This document shows positions 35,892 to 48,800 of a DNA stretch of 57,764 nucleotides, piece by piece. The position numbers and the translations under genes were made by a program. Every line of letters begins with the position of its first letter. Position 1 is the stretch's first letter. Under the pieces are notes generated by a model that saw only the letters and a list, made by a program, of their open reading frames with translations, ran no database searches and was not told the origin of the DNA. The stretch is from Mesotaenium endlicherianum (Eukaryota). The stretch is from positions 342,355 to 400,118 of the forward strand of contig WELA01002985.1 in the NCBI GenBank assembly GCA_009602735.1, written 5' to 3'.

Positions 35892-38800
35892 ATGCTTTAC
35901 GTGAAGAATGCTGAAGGCATGAAACGGGAGCAGAAGAGCAGCCATAAGTCATGGCTCACTCGCTTCCTACAAGAAAATCAGAGGAAGAGGGATTCAGCTT
36001 ACAGTTCTGCTCGTACAACATTCACATCTGGAAGTAGACTACCTAGCCTTGGGTCCACTTTGGATAGTTCTTTCACCACTACAGAGACGTCTTCTGTCAA
36101 CACTGATGAAGCAGCATCACTGGGAAGCGCGCACAAAGTTCTTCCTTTGGAGATGAGATACAAGTACAGCTGGGGGCCGAAGGTGAGGGTCTTATGTTGC
36201 TATACTGCCCAATATGCCCTTTCTATGTTATGAGTGAAGGCTAACACTTCATATGTAAAGCACTTTACTTATTCTTGTGAAAGTGCCCCGATGGTCTCAG
36301 ACACGAAGCTCTTTTATTGCAGTACTTTACCGTTCTGTACGCTTTAGGAGGGTCCAACATGCGATTTTATTTGTTATCTCTACGTATACTTTGTAACGTT
36401 ATGCAGAATGCACTTGTTCTTAATAAAGGTGTTCAAATATACATTCTAGCTTGTTTCAGACATGTTGGAGCCCTTCTCTGACCTATCCTTTACCTTGTGA
36501 TCAGTAGTTCCCCCAAGCTCCCACTTTCAGCAAATTGACTTCATATTGAAATTGGCAGGGGATCTTAACAAGACGACATGTTTGTGGGAAGTGGAACAAC
36601 ATGGAGGATTTCACCATTCTCAACACAATTGGCAGTGGAAGGTAGGTTGGTCATGCTTGCTGACCCAGTACGTAAAGATTGGCTTGATGGTGGGCATGGT
36701 GATAGTGTTGGCTCCTGTGCATAAATGACAAAGGGGACTTGTTTTGGTTGTTGTTTGGAAACAAATTTGAAGGCAAATTTCAGTGAAGAAGTTAGCACAA
36801 AGTAAGCCTCAAGGAAGATCATGATGATCAACACTACAATGTCTGAAGTGACATAAACTCAGCAGCATGCGTTAAAAGTTGAGCTTCAGAACACGAGGCA
36901 ATCTCATCTCCCACCTCACATACAGAATAGCAGTCTTTGAATCTTCAGTAATACTAGCTTCTGATGCTTCACAACTCATGGTTGAGTTTCTTTGGGGCTG
37001 ATGTTACAGCTGGCTTGAAGTAAATGTAATCTGCAGGCTTTGTTTGGAAGGTCAAAGGCAAGAGTTTTGCAGATTTTTATGCAGTTTATTGAGCTGCCAT
37101 TGTTGTTAGCTTTGAGGCCCCCAACCTCGTGACCACAAGCAGAATCCAGCAGCTGATATTGCTCTTCTGAAGCATTCTGAGAAGCACAAGCAGGAGCTTG
37201 AAGGGGGGGTGGGTGAATCAATTCTCGCTTTGGAAATATTCGGCCTTTGACAGCCAGGACCAATTGTAGGAACTGGGAATTTTAGAGAAGAAAAAAGTAG
37301 AATTACAAGCTAAAGATACTGTGTGTTTCCTGCCTCTCCTGTATTTTCTCCGCAGGAGCTGCTCGGTGCTTTCTGTGAGGGACAGGAAGACAATGGCTAC
37401 ATATGCAATCAAAGCTTACGACAAGTCACAGGTGGACAGCACCCTTGCCTGTCATATTCGACGTGAAGCTTCGCTCGTGCTCGACATAAGGTACTCCTAC
37501 ATGTGCATTCTTTGTTGCATTTTGGAATGAGGGTCTTTGACATGGGCATTCTAGTTCAATGTTGAATGAGGAATGGGTTGCCACGCTCTGTCTTGCTCCT
37601 GAGGCGTTGTAATATATGTGCGTCTTTTTTTCAGCAAGTAATGACCCAGTAGATAAGATGTTTTCTTGCCCCTACCCAAGCCACTTTGCAAGAACTGGTT
37701 CAGGATAGGTGAAACAATGATGGAGGTTGAGTGACTCCTGGCACCTAGATTTTGTCAAGAGCAAGAGCTTTTTGATTAAGATGAAAATACCACCATCAAA
37801 ACAATCAAATTGCCCTATTCTGCTTCCGGCCTCAAGAGTCGAGCATTAGCTGATGATATCACAGAAGTACTGATTTCTGTGCTATGTTTTCCAGATAAGC
37901 ATTGGCGCAAAAGTATGATGGTATTCTTTTCCGACGTGTATCTGCCCACCAGATTTTACCACCACTAGTAAAAGACTGAAATCTGACTTCACTTCATTGG
38001 CTGTCAAGTGACCTCTCCCTCCTGGCAGGGAAGACACAATTTGCGGGGTGTATGGTGCGTTTGAAGACAGTAAGGGAGTATACATTGTGATGGATCTGTG
38101 CGCCCAAGGAGACCTCATGACAGTCATCACCCAGTATAACTGGGACCTCACAGAGGAGGTGGCTGCACTTTCAGTAAGCTTCTTCTCACTGCACTTTTGC
38201 ACGCACACCTGTCAGGCCTTTCATAAAATTGTTTTGCATACACTAAATTCCAGATTCAACTTGATGTCAAGAAGATACCGTGACCAAGGCGGCAGCTGTT
38301 TGTCTATGGCCTCTCCTTTGAAGTTCACAGAGAGCAAGACTGATGATCTCTTTTTCTCCTCCCGTCTCGTTTCTTTTGGTACTAACAAAACGGCTAGATC
38401 TACTGGCATGGTTAATTACTGCATTCGTGATATTTTTTGTACCTGTGTCCCTCTTAGAGTGAGTCAGCAGTATGTTGAGTCTATCACCATTTCTACTGCA
38501 CCTCAGCATCGTACCCTCTTACAGGCTTCAATGCGGCAAGCATTCCTGAAGTACGAGTTTTAGCCACTTGGTGATATTGGCAGGTGATATCTCCTCTCTT
38601 GCAAGCGCTCGTTGTCCTTCACTCCAAAGGCATCATCCACAGGTGTGACTCTTCTGCATACTTTTAAATGAGTGAATCTATTTCCCTCTCAGAGCACGCA
38701 TTGCCTGAGCATACATGTCAAACAGTGTATTAGTATTCATATGAAGGTACGCGCACAACTAATGTACGAGGCACTATGATGCATGCAAGCATTATTGCAT

Positions 38801-41800
38801 GAGCTGTATGCCTCTTCTCTTTTCTCTGTGAGCCTCCAGCACAGCTTCTAGCAATCCCTCTCTGCCATTTATTGATTTTAAAAGTGTGCAAAGTAAGGCA
38901 CTTATTACACAAGAGCAGGCTGCAGCTCCATACTTGCAAAAGCCGTCAGCGTCAGATTGACTACACGTGCATTGAATTTGCAAATTCACAAGAGCCTTAT
39001 TGAGGATGCAGCCGCCTGATAAAGGTTTGCCAGCAAGCCCTTGGCTCACAATCGGCAGCCACTTGCTTTACATCAAAGCAGCAATTCTGACATGTCTCCC
39101 TGCCACCTGGTACGCACTGATGACATCTGACACAAGCCGAACTCCTCTCTTGCTCCCCTCTATGCTGTGCTTGCAGGGACATCAAGCCAGAAAATTTGTT
39201 TGTCGACGCCAAGAGCAACGTCAAGCTGGGAGACTTTGGGCTGGCCATAAACCAGAGGAAGGACTCCCCCAGGTCGGTAGTGGGCACGTACGACTACATG
39301 GCGCCCGAGCTCTTCCTCACCTACTCTGCAAACAGCAGGAGGCGGGCTGGCGAGTCTGCCCACACATACAACGAGAAAGTTGACATCTGGTAGGCGGCAC
39401 GCTCAGCTTCTCGCGTGCTTTGTTCGCTACTGTTAGTACACAGCTGCTACAGCATCCCAGCAGGTAGATGCTGGCACTGCTTTCTTTCACAAAGCAGTAA
39501 TCGTTGTGCTTCTTCTTTCAAACCAGCACCAGTCTGGTCTAACGTGTTGGATGCCTCCTCCCTGCGCACGTGCAGGGCCTGCGGGGTGCTGGCGTACGAG
39601 CTCTGCTTTGGGCGCGCGCCCTTTGACGTGGAGAGGTACGGGTTTGATGAGGCCAAGAAGCACATCTTGAGCTCGCAGGTGCCCCTGGAGGGCCGCTGGA
39701 GGAAGCCTGTGTCTGTTGAGCTCATCAACTTCCTGGACTCGGTATGGCTTGCCACCCCTTTGGTTGCCCGCATGCGCCGTCTCTGCCTCTCTTGTCTGCT
39801 TTGCTGCTGCGGACAAATTGCTATCCCCGATCAGATGCTGCTCTTCGGCCAGGAATCAGCAGAAAGGTCATGTATGTCCTGCCATCAATACGGTAGCGAG
39901 AGACTGACCTCCATGGCCTCTGCAGTCCAGTTTCTTGTTGTGTTAATTGCTATGATCTTTGTTCCGCATATCAACGAATATAGTTACATACATGTATATG
40001 TATGTACTATACATGAAGTTTGTATACACACATATATAGGTATCCTGTGTGGTCTATCATTCAAAGTTAATCATACCCACATATATATTATATGTATAAA
40101 TATATACAGTATATACATATCATACATAACATATATATACAATAGACTACATACGATACGAATACACATCTACAAATGTTTGCATACGTGCTTACTGTAT
40201 ATAGCTATACTCGTCCATGTAAATTTACACACATTTAGAACATACGTGTCTTGGATCTGTTGGTTTGTTGCGAAGCTCTCGTCCTAGCCTCCTCTTTTCT
40301 GCCAGCCTTTTGAGACTCACTCATTAGCCGTGCTAGTAGAAATCGGCGGTTCCGGTACCTTCCAGACTTCTCACAGGAAAGCGCCACGCAATGGCTGACA
40401 CGAGTGACTAACACAACGAGTTTCTCACCCCCTCGTCCAAGTCCAGTCCATTTTCGCATTGTCTCTGCTCAAACTGATGACAGCGTCTGACTTGACTGGG
40501 TGGGTTGGGCGCAGACTCTGCACAAGGATCCCAAGTGCCGGCCCTCTGCCAGAGAGCTGCTGGATCACTGCTGGGTTCAGAAATATGCAACCTGCCACTG
40601 GCGGCGGCAGCAGCAGCAGCAGCCGTCCCCCAGAAAGTTCTCCTTCCGGACCCACTCAGTGAAGCCTACCCGAACTCCCCCAGTGGCCGTCTCCCTGCCG
40701 CTTTCGATGCAGTGCCAGATGGCAGAGCCACCTTCTGACGCTGAGTCAGGAGCGGATCAGGAGGCGCCGCCATCTGTGAAGGGTCACTGGGCGCCAGATG
40801 TGACTGGGTACCAGGGCCCGAGCTTCCTTGTAGAGGAGAGGAGGAAGGAGGAGAGCAGGAAGCGTGGGGGGCATTCGACGGGCGCTGGCAAGCACCAGGA
40901 GAAAAAAACATACGCGCCTTCACCTCTGAGGTACGAGAGCCCAAAGCAAGGGGGCGGTGATGCCAAGGGCCCTGCTAAGGATCCACCCGGCAAGCAGCTA
41001 AACCCCCATCAGCCTGGCAGTCCGCAGTGCAAGCCAAAGCTCCCTCATTCGCCCAAGGGACAGGTGGCGCACAATGGCAAAGCAACACCAGCGAGGGCCG
41101 GGCGCAAGAATGCACACAATCTTCTGAAGCTCGAAGCTCCGGAGAGGACCGGGCGGCAGGCACGGGAGATGGCCGCCGCCCAGTCTCGGTTAATCAGATT
41201 CCCGCAAGGCGAAAGCCCAAATGCGGGCAAACCGGCCGTCGGTCTGAACCTCCAGGCATGCTCGACCTTGGGCAAGAAGGCCAGGCAGCAGCCCCAGATG
41301 GCGACACCTGGAGGCACAGCGGCATCCCATTGTGGCGCAGGGCCCTCCATTCAGAAGAGAAGATCGCAGCAGACAGAGGCAGCGGCAGAGGACCAGAAGG
41401 AGGCAGGCAGCAGCTGCAGCAGCAGGCCAGAGAGGGCCAAGTGGAGCCTGCGCAGCGCACTCAAGACTGGCTTAGGCGGCTCCCTCAGGACGCTCCTGAA
41501 GCTGGAGGAGAGGAGAGACAGGCCAGGGGAGGGGCTGGTAGCAGCGGCAGTGGAGGGCGGCCTGGGCGGCAGGTCGCTGAGTAAGCTGCTCTGCGGGACT
41601 GGGCTGGGGGGCGGCACCTGCTTTGCTGGTGCCACACAGTTCCAGCAGATGACTCACAGCGCCCCGGTGTCTCCATCTGGCGGCGCCGACAATGATGATG
41701 TCATGGCCAATACGGCCGCCCAGAGTGCTGATGTCGGCATTGGGGCCCCTGCCCAGCACAAGTGGGAGGCCCCTTGCCCTGCCGGCAGCACGTCTGCGAC

Positions 41801-43188
41801 TGCTGCAGCCGCAGAAGCTCCAGGAGTGCCACATGGCAGTGCGCAGACAGATGCCTCAGCCATGTCATTTGCGGACCTGGCAAGGGTGAAGTTGGATTCC
41901 CTCTGGAGCGCTGCTGAGCCAACAAGTGTCGCCATTGACGAGGCAGGGAGGGATTCACCAGAAGGCCCGCAGGGCTCTCTTGCTGACAAGGGCCGCTCGG
42001 ACACTGCCGACCGCCCGTCTGAGCCCTCCACGCCCACAGCCTCCTCTAACTGGGGCCCTGGCCTGGCCTCTGAGAACTTCTTTGACCTCTCTCCTTTTCA
42101 GAGAATCTCACGCCTCCGCGATCCCGCCTCCGCTAGGACTGGCACCGCTGCTGGCGTCGATGGCAGCCCTGGAGCCCTGGGCCAGCCTGCCTCCCCGTGC
42201 CGTTCCACTCCCTCCAGCACTGGCAGTGGCAGTGGCTTTGGCAGCAGAATTGATGCTGAGACCTACTTTGGCGCACTCCGCTCGCCCGCAGTGACCCCCA
42301 CTTCTACTGAGGGTCAGGACTCAGCTGGCGACAACGACGACGACGTGCGTGTCCGCGCTGACGGGAATGTGACACCTGTCGAGGAGGAGTCATTCGAGGG
42401 CATCCTTGCAGCCGCGGGGCTGAGGGCCAGAGTTGCCAGGAGGGCGCTGGCAGCGCGGGGGGGTCGTCGGGGCCAGCAGCAGCAGCAGGACGACTCGGAG
42501 GACGGCTCTGACTACACCCCCAGCCCGATCCGCACCCCCGTGAGCGTGCTGGGCGGCGCACGCGGCGTGGACCCGTCCAACATCGCCATGCTGAGGCTGT
42601 AAGCTTCTCCCTCCACCGTGGCTCTGATTTGTGTTGGGTTTAGGGTTCTAGAGGGTTCAAATAGGCCTTGGGAGCAGCTGCAGGGCTGACTGTGAGGCGG
42701 GATGCTTGTTTTGCTGTTTGGTCGGAATGGTGCCACTGCTGCAGAGAAGCAGGCACCTGTCGTAGTTGCCAGGAGACAATGAACGATCATGTATTCTTTC
42801 CACCTCATGGGCGAGGGGTAACGGTTCCAGTGACGACTGAATTACCAACAGTAGAGGCTGCCGTTTTGTCTCTAGAGCCTCCTTCACAACTGCTGGCTGT
42901 CAAGCACGCGTTCCTTTAAGACGCTCAGTCTGCAAGTGCGAGCTGTTCTGGATCTGAGTTTTAACGGCACGGGGAGCAGACATGGCAGAACGCTGACAAG
43001 TGGCTTTTACTGCGTCTCCCTTCTGCAGGAACCTCTCCACGGGCAAGGATCACTCTGCACACGACGGGGCTTGGGTCACCTCCGCCCCGGCCAGTCCCCT
43101 CTCGAAGAAGAAAGCACAGCGTGCTCTCAGCACAGCTGGCTGTATTGGGGTTTCGAAGCTGTACTATGGCTCCAGCACGCAAACTTAG
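35892..43188 (+). CDS. Aurora-like Ser/Thr protein kinase with a long disordered C-terminal tail
   Basis: Phase-consistent GT-AG exons 35892-36182, 36559-36641 (WNNMEDFTILNTIGSGR), 37356-37490 (YAIK, RREA), 38029-38173, 38584-38642 (IIHR), 39177-39389 (DIKPEN, DFG, GTYDYMAPE, KVDIW), 39576-39741, 40515-42598 and probably 43029-43188. The start codon and last exon are less certain. Confidence 0.88.
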
Positions 43189-44962
43189 CTTCACGCAACC
43201 GCAGCCTGTCTCTGAAGTGGGCGGGAAAACGCGTTGCGTTGATGCTGAAGCAGAGGGCGGGATGCAATGGTGAATGAGTTGTGGGTAAGTGTCGAGCACC
43301 CTGGGCTCATGTGAGGAGCTGCATCGGGGAGTAAGCGAGTAGTGAGACGTAGAGGAGACGAGGGGGCTACATGTGAGTCACGAGCAAGGGGTGGAGAAGA
43401 AGGGGTTCTCCGCTCGCTATTGGTGATGCATGGGTCCATGAACTTTCAAAAATGATTTTTTTAGGCTAGTAGAAATTAACGAGTGTACAACAGCTGCATT
43501 TACGCGTACAACTGGCCATTTGGGTCCTAGTAAAGCGTGGAGCTCTCCAAGGTGAGGTCCAGAGCGTAGGTGGCCAGCGTCGGTATACGGTGTAGGTGTG
43601 TAATTGCGTGCACATGTTACTCTAGAGATGCACATTCTGCTCACTGCCTGCATACTGTAGCCTTATCAGCAGATCGTTATTGTAGAGAAAATAGATCATT
43701 ATTGTAGAATAAGCGATTCATTATTGTAGATTCTAGGTCATTATTATGCAGTCAGAATCAACGTCTCAGCACTCAACAGGCGTACACGGCTGGACGTATA
43801 CAATGCAAGAGCAATTCCTGCACCTTCTATTCTTGCATGTAAGGTAAATATAGTACCCAAAAGTATATGTCAAGATGTGAAAACCTATATTGCGAACAAA
43901 CATCACACAAACTCGTCATGAATAATTTACGCACCATTGAGATTCATCTTATAGAAGGCTACAAACAATGCAGCACAGCAGTCATGAGTGCAGTAGTCAG
44001 TCTTTTTCAGAGCGTTATTACAACATTTTTTTGAAAAATGTCACGGAGCACACAAAGTTGGCCACTCTCCTTCGGAAAGTTGCCATATCACCCAAATTTA
44101 TGCCTTACTTAGCTATGACTTTGGGACTAAAGCAACCACCTGGCTGACACTAGTGGGTGTGAGCCGCCAAAGGTGCTGAGCGCAAGCAACCACGGCATCC
44201 TCAATGTGAGAAAAATACTATCTCAAAGTAATCAACTAACTATAGCTACTTATGGAGCCAGGCAGTAGCTGCCTATCATTGCCAGCCACACATATTATCG
44301 GAAAAAAATAGCAGCACGCCTGTAAGCTAATAAAACAACCCATGCAGGACTAGGGGAGTCCTAAAATCTGCAGAAAGCGATTGTACAGCCCAGCTTCCGG
44401 AAACAACCAAATCCAATCCCGCTAACGTCACAAATGCTTTCCTAAACTTCTCGAGTGAATTGAAGCACCACCACGAACGAACTTGTTCTATTTTACACAG
44501 CTCCTACTATGACGCACACTGCACCAACAGCCAGAACAATACAACCCCCTAATATCACAGTTAAACCATTCTTCCATCTACATGCCTGTCCCCTACATCT
44601 TGAGTGTTCAGTATTGCTTCCCTTCCAATAGCAACCTCTAGCTCTCTTCAAAGAAGTGGACAATACTATCCTGCGAGGGCTAATGGGGGCCTCCTGCGAT
44701 CACTTGTGCTCAAGAAGTACCACAGCGCAAGCAAGGCAAGCCAAATAATTGCTGGCACAGGCCACCCAGACACATCTCCCTTACACCTTTCCTGCCAGAG
44801 GGCGCATCCCGTCTCACATCAGGCAGTAGTGGAAGCGGAGACATCGCATTCCATGCTTATGTACCAAGGCCACGCACTAGACTTGCCAGATCGCCACCTG
44901 TAGCTCAAGCATGTCGCCAGGGGTATAATATAGGACGTGCCTCCCTACCTCCCCCTCCCCCC

Positions 44963-45451
44963 NNNNNNNNNNNNNNNNNNNNNNNNNNNNNNNNNNNNNN
45001 NNNNNNNNNNNNNNNNNNNNNNNNNNNNNNNNNNNNNNNNNNNNNNNNNNNNNNNNNNNNNNNNNNNNNNNNNNNNNNNNNNNNNNNNNNNNNNNNNNNN
45101 NNNNNNNNNNNNNNNNNNNNNNNNNNNNNNNNNNNNNNNNNNNNNNNNNNNNNNNNNNNNNNNNNNNNNNNNNNNNNNNNNNNNNNNNNNNNNNNNNNNN
45201 NNNNNNNNNNNNNNNNNNNNNNNNNNNNNNNNNNNNNNNNNNNNNNNNNNNNNNNNNNNNNNNNNNNNNNNNNNNNNNNNNNNNNNNNNNNNNNNNNNNN
45301 NNNNNNNNNNNNNNNNNNNNNNNNNNNNNNNNNNNNNNNNNNNNNNNNNNNNNNNNNNNNNNNNNNNNNNNNNNNNNNNNNNNNNNNNNNNNNNNNNNNN
45401 NNNNNNNNNNNNNNNNNNNNNNNNNNNNNNNNNNNNNNNNNNNNNNNNNNN
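44963..45451. other. Assembly gap
   Basis: Run of N flanked by C-rich tracts. Confidence 1.
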
Positions 45452-45823
45452 CCCCCCCTCTTCCCCCCTTCCGGCTGAGTCTTGATTACATCTTCTGCTA
45501 AAAACACAGCTATACCACAGCCCCAAGATTGCCCCGTAAAGGAATACAGACACTCACCCACCACTGTACAACCATAAATACCCACGTCTATTGACTTTAC
45601 GTCTATTAACTTAGACTGCTACAATCTCGTCCACCTTTCTCACTCCTCTCAAGAAAGAGGCTCTTCGCCTTCGCCACCCAGTTGCACCTGCCCCTGACCA
45701 GCACAGTTGATCAGAGAGCGGCACTTAAGAGCTGCCCCTGGACCTCCCTCGCAGTGAAGAGGACAGCACTCGCAGCCGCCGCGCACCCGAGCCCCCCTCC
45801 TCAAAGAGCCGAGTGCAGAACAG

Positions 45824-48800
45824 CTAGCACTTCCAGAGCTGCACCACATCCTCAGTGCACTCCAGGTTGCTCATCTCGTCATCCACGCTCCTGTAGCTCG
45901 CGCTGCGTGTCATGCAGCTCTCCAGAAAGGACTCCTCTTCAGCCCCGCCCTCGGCCGTCAGCTCACCCAGAGACGCCTCCAGCCACCCCCCAAAGCCAAT
46001 CTTGCACACAGGGTGCAGCTCCAGGAAGTGGTGCTGCGCCTCGCCCCCCTCCTCTTGGCAGCTGCCGGTGCTGAGGGCGCCGCGCTCGTCCTCGTCGCTT
46101 GCCGTCAGCACGCTCTCCGCCGACGAGCACTGCGCGTTGCAGTTGCTGTGGTCCACCTGGTCCAGCATGTCCTCCACCGACAGCGCGCTCTCGGGCAGCC
46201 AGGTGGGGATGTGCCCATGGCTTTCCCCCGCCGCGGAGACCCTGTACAGAGCAGCCCTCGCCTCTGCCTGCTGGCCACGTTGTAGCTCGAGCATCGGCAG
46301 ATGCCTGCCTGAGGTCAGCCCTGGCCCTGGTCCGGGCTTACCCTCACCCGCACACATGTGATGAGAGTGTGCCTGTGCGTAGGCGCGTACGTGTGGGGAG
46401 GTCCCGCCACAGGCAGCAGCTTCAGCCTGCGAGAACATTAGCGCCTGCCTGGTGCCAGCGATACACCCTGGGGGGAGAAGCACGCTGGCATTTGCGTACG
46501 CTTTCTTCGCAGCCCGGGACAGGTGCAGCGCGTGACTGCCACCAGGGATCTCGGCGTTGTGCCTCCCGGCCACCATGGCTGCCGAGGCTGCTCGCAGGTC
46601 TCCGAGATTATCCGGCTTCAGCACAGCCGCTGGCTCCAGCGGATCGATGGCTTCCCCGCAACGCAGCCCTTCCCAGCGCGAGATCTGGCACTCGGGCCTT
46701 ACCAGAGGCGTGGCGGCGTTCTTTGCCCCTGAGAGGTGGGGGGGAGGAGTAAAGTGATCTGCTGGGCTGGAGAGCGGTGCAGCAGCCGCTGCCTCCCTGC
46801 CGCTGTTGCCCTGGAGAGTGATGGCACTCAGGCTGGAGGAGCTGTTGCTCGTTGGAATGTCGGCTACGCCGCCAGCTGGCTGGAAGAGGGCCGCCAAGGT
46901 GTCATCCAGGGAGCCATTGCCAAAGCAGTCTCGGCTGAGGAGGGGACGGGGCCCATCCTGAGGTCCAGGCAGAGCGTCCACTGATGGCCTGCTGCCGGCA
47001 GCACCCACAACCCCGGCTCCTGCTGCCAAGGCACCGCTCTGCGCATCACACTGCCCCGAGGTGCACTGGTGCTGGCCCCATCCAGGAGGTCGGGGAGGCA
47101 TGTGCGGGGAGGTCTGACCCGGCACAGCTGGGCTGCTGCCCTCGCCTGGGTCCTCCTTTGTGGCTGGGGATGCGAGCAGGATGTCGGAGATGTCGCCCGA
47201 CAGGGACCTTGCGATGGCCTGCTTGCCGTCAGCCTCGACCACCACGCTGCTGTAGCTGGGCCTGATTATCTGCAGCCTGCGAGACGATACCAGGGCGGCG
47301 GCTTTGCTGCCACCTGGCTGCTGGCTCACCGAGAGAGTGCGCAAAGCAGAGGCTGCGGGGTGACTGCGTGGAGTCGTCGCTCGGGGTGACGGGCTCGAGG
47401 GGAGCAAAGTTTCCATCCCGTGACTGCACGGGAGGCTCTGCCAGCCACTTGGAGGGCCACGGCTGTTTGAAGACATCAGGCGGGCTGACGCTGGCTGGCT
47501 GCCGGCCTGTAGAGAAAAGCAGAGTAGTTCAAAAGAAGCAAGTTCAGCAACTCGAAGCACAGCAGGGGAGTTAACCAGAGGACCTGGAGGGAAGAAGTTA
47601 AGGCAGCACGAGCACGCTGTTTCAACAACCCCCAGAGCACCAGCCTCCAGGCTACTCCTTGTGCTCTTCTACTGGTGTCCTTCGAACCTCACTAGGCGGC
47701 TGTAACTGCACAGTGTGAGGTTTAACACCAGCCGCTGTGCAGCAAAAGAAGCAGGCAGCAATTCGAAAGAAAACAGAAGAGCTGAAAAGCCTGAGGGGCT
47801 GAGCCGCATACCTGCATATTTGGCAGAGGCTTAAGAAGGTGTGTGCTTCCAGAAGGGCTCCCGACTCCCAGAGGCAATGACGTCGATGGGATACCAGGCA
47901 GGGGTGCCGCAGACAGGCACCCAGGCCTGGCTGCCGGGCTGGAGGGGCCTCGCGGGGAGCTTGCTGAGGCTGCACTCGGCTTCCCTGGCCGAGGAGGCAG
48001 AGGGTGCGAGAAAGCGCCGGGGTTCGCACTCCCGCTCACACTGCTGGCGATCCAGCGAGATGCTGCTGTCGGCGTCCTGGGGCTGGTCGACGTCGGGGAA
48101 GGGCACATGGATGGGGAGTGGCAGCCTGCATGCGCAAGGCCCTGGTTCCCAAAGGCAGGGCCTCCCTGGCTTAATAGGAGCAGCGGAGGGGGGCGCATTT
48201 GGCTTAGGGGAAGCAGCCTGACAGTGGAGTGCAGCCCCATGAGGCTCAAAATCTTGGCGCCTCTTTGACCGGCTGCAGGGAGGCCAGCTGGCAGCATGGT
48301 GCTCATGTTGCAGCCGGCAGCTACTGAGTACATGCTGGCTGCCCTCATGAGGGGCAAGCGGAGAGCCAAGGGGGGGGTTCCTGCCTGAGGCAGCCCCTGC
48401 TGCACCTGCTGAGTTTCCAGTCCAGCAGCAAGCTTGCGAGGTGCCCTGCCGCCCCTTGGCGAGCTCAGCAAGAACTGGGACTGCGCAGGTAATGATTTCT
48501 TGGCAGGTTCGGCTTGACCTTCACTGGAAAGGCTGGAGCAGCCAGCTACAGCTGCTGTGGAAAGCTGATTGACAGCTGAAGCATCTTGGCCAGGGGGCAC
48601 AGGTGCAGGAACAAAGGGAAGAATCGCGCCATGGCCAGAAGCAGCTGTAGCAGTCACAGCAGCTGTAGTAGTTGTAGCGCTTGTGGAAGTTGTAGCTGTT
48701 GAAGGAGCGTGGCAGCAGGAAGCACTGCTGCTGCCTGGTGACTTGGCAGAAGCACCACTTGCAGCTGGTGCAGCTGGAGGCTTCTGTGGCCCTGCAGCTG

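Noticed and set aside
39960..40250. Coding extension in ORF 39415-40287
   Set aside because: Read-through into an AT-rich, TA-repeat intron after the donor at 39742.
42636..42658. Interstitial telomere repeat (GGGTTTAGGGTT)
   Set aside because: Fewer than two full units, so it is uninformative about telomere type.
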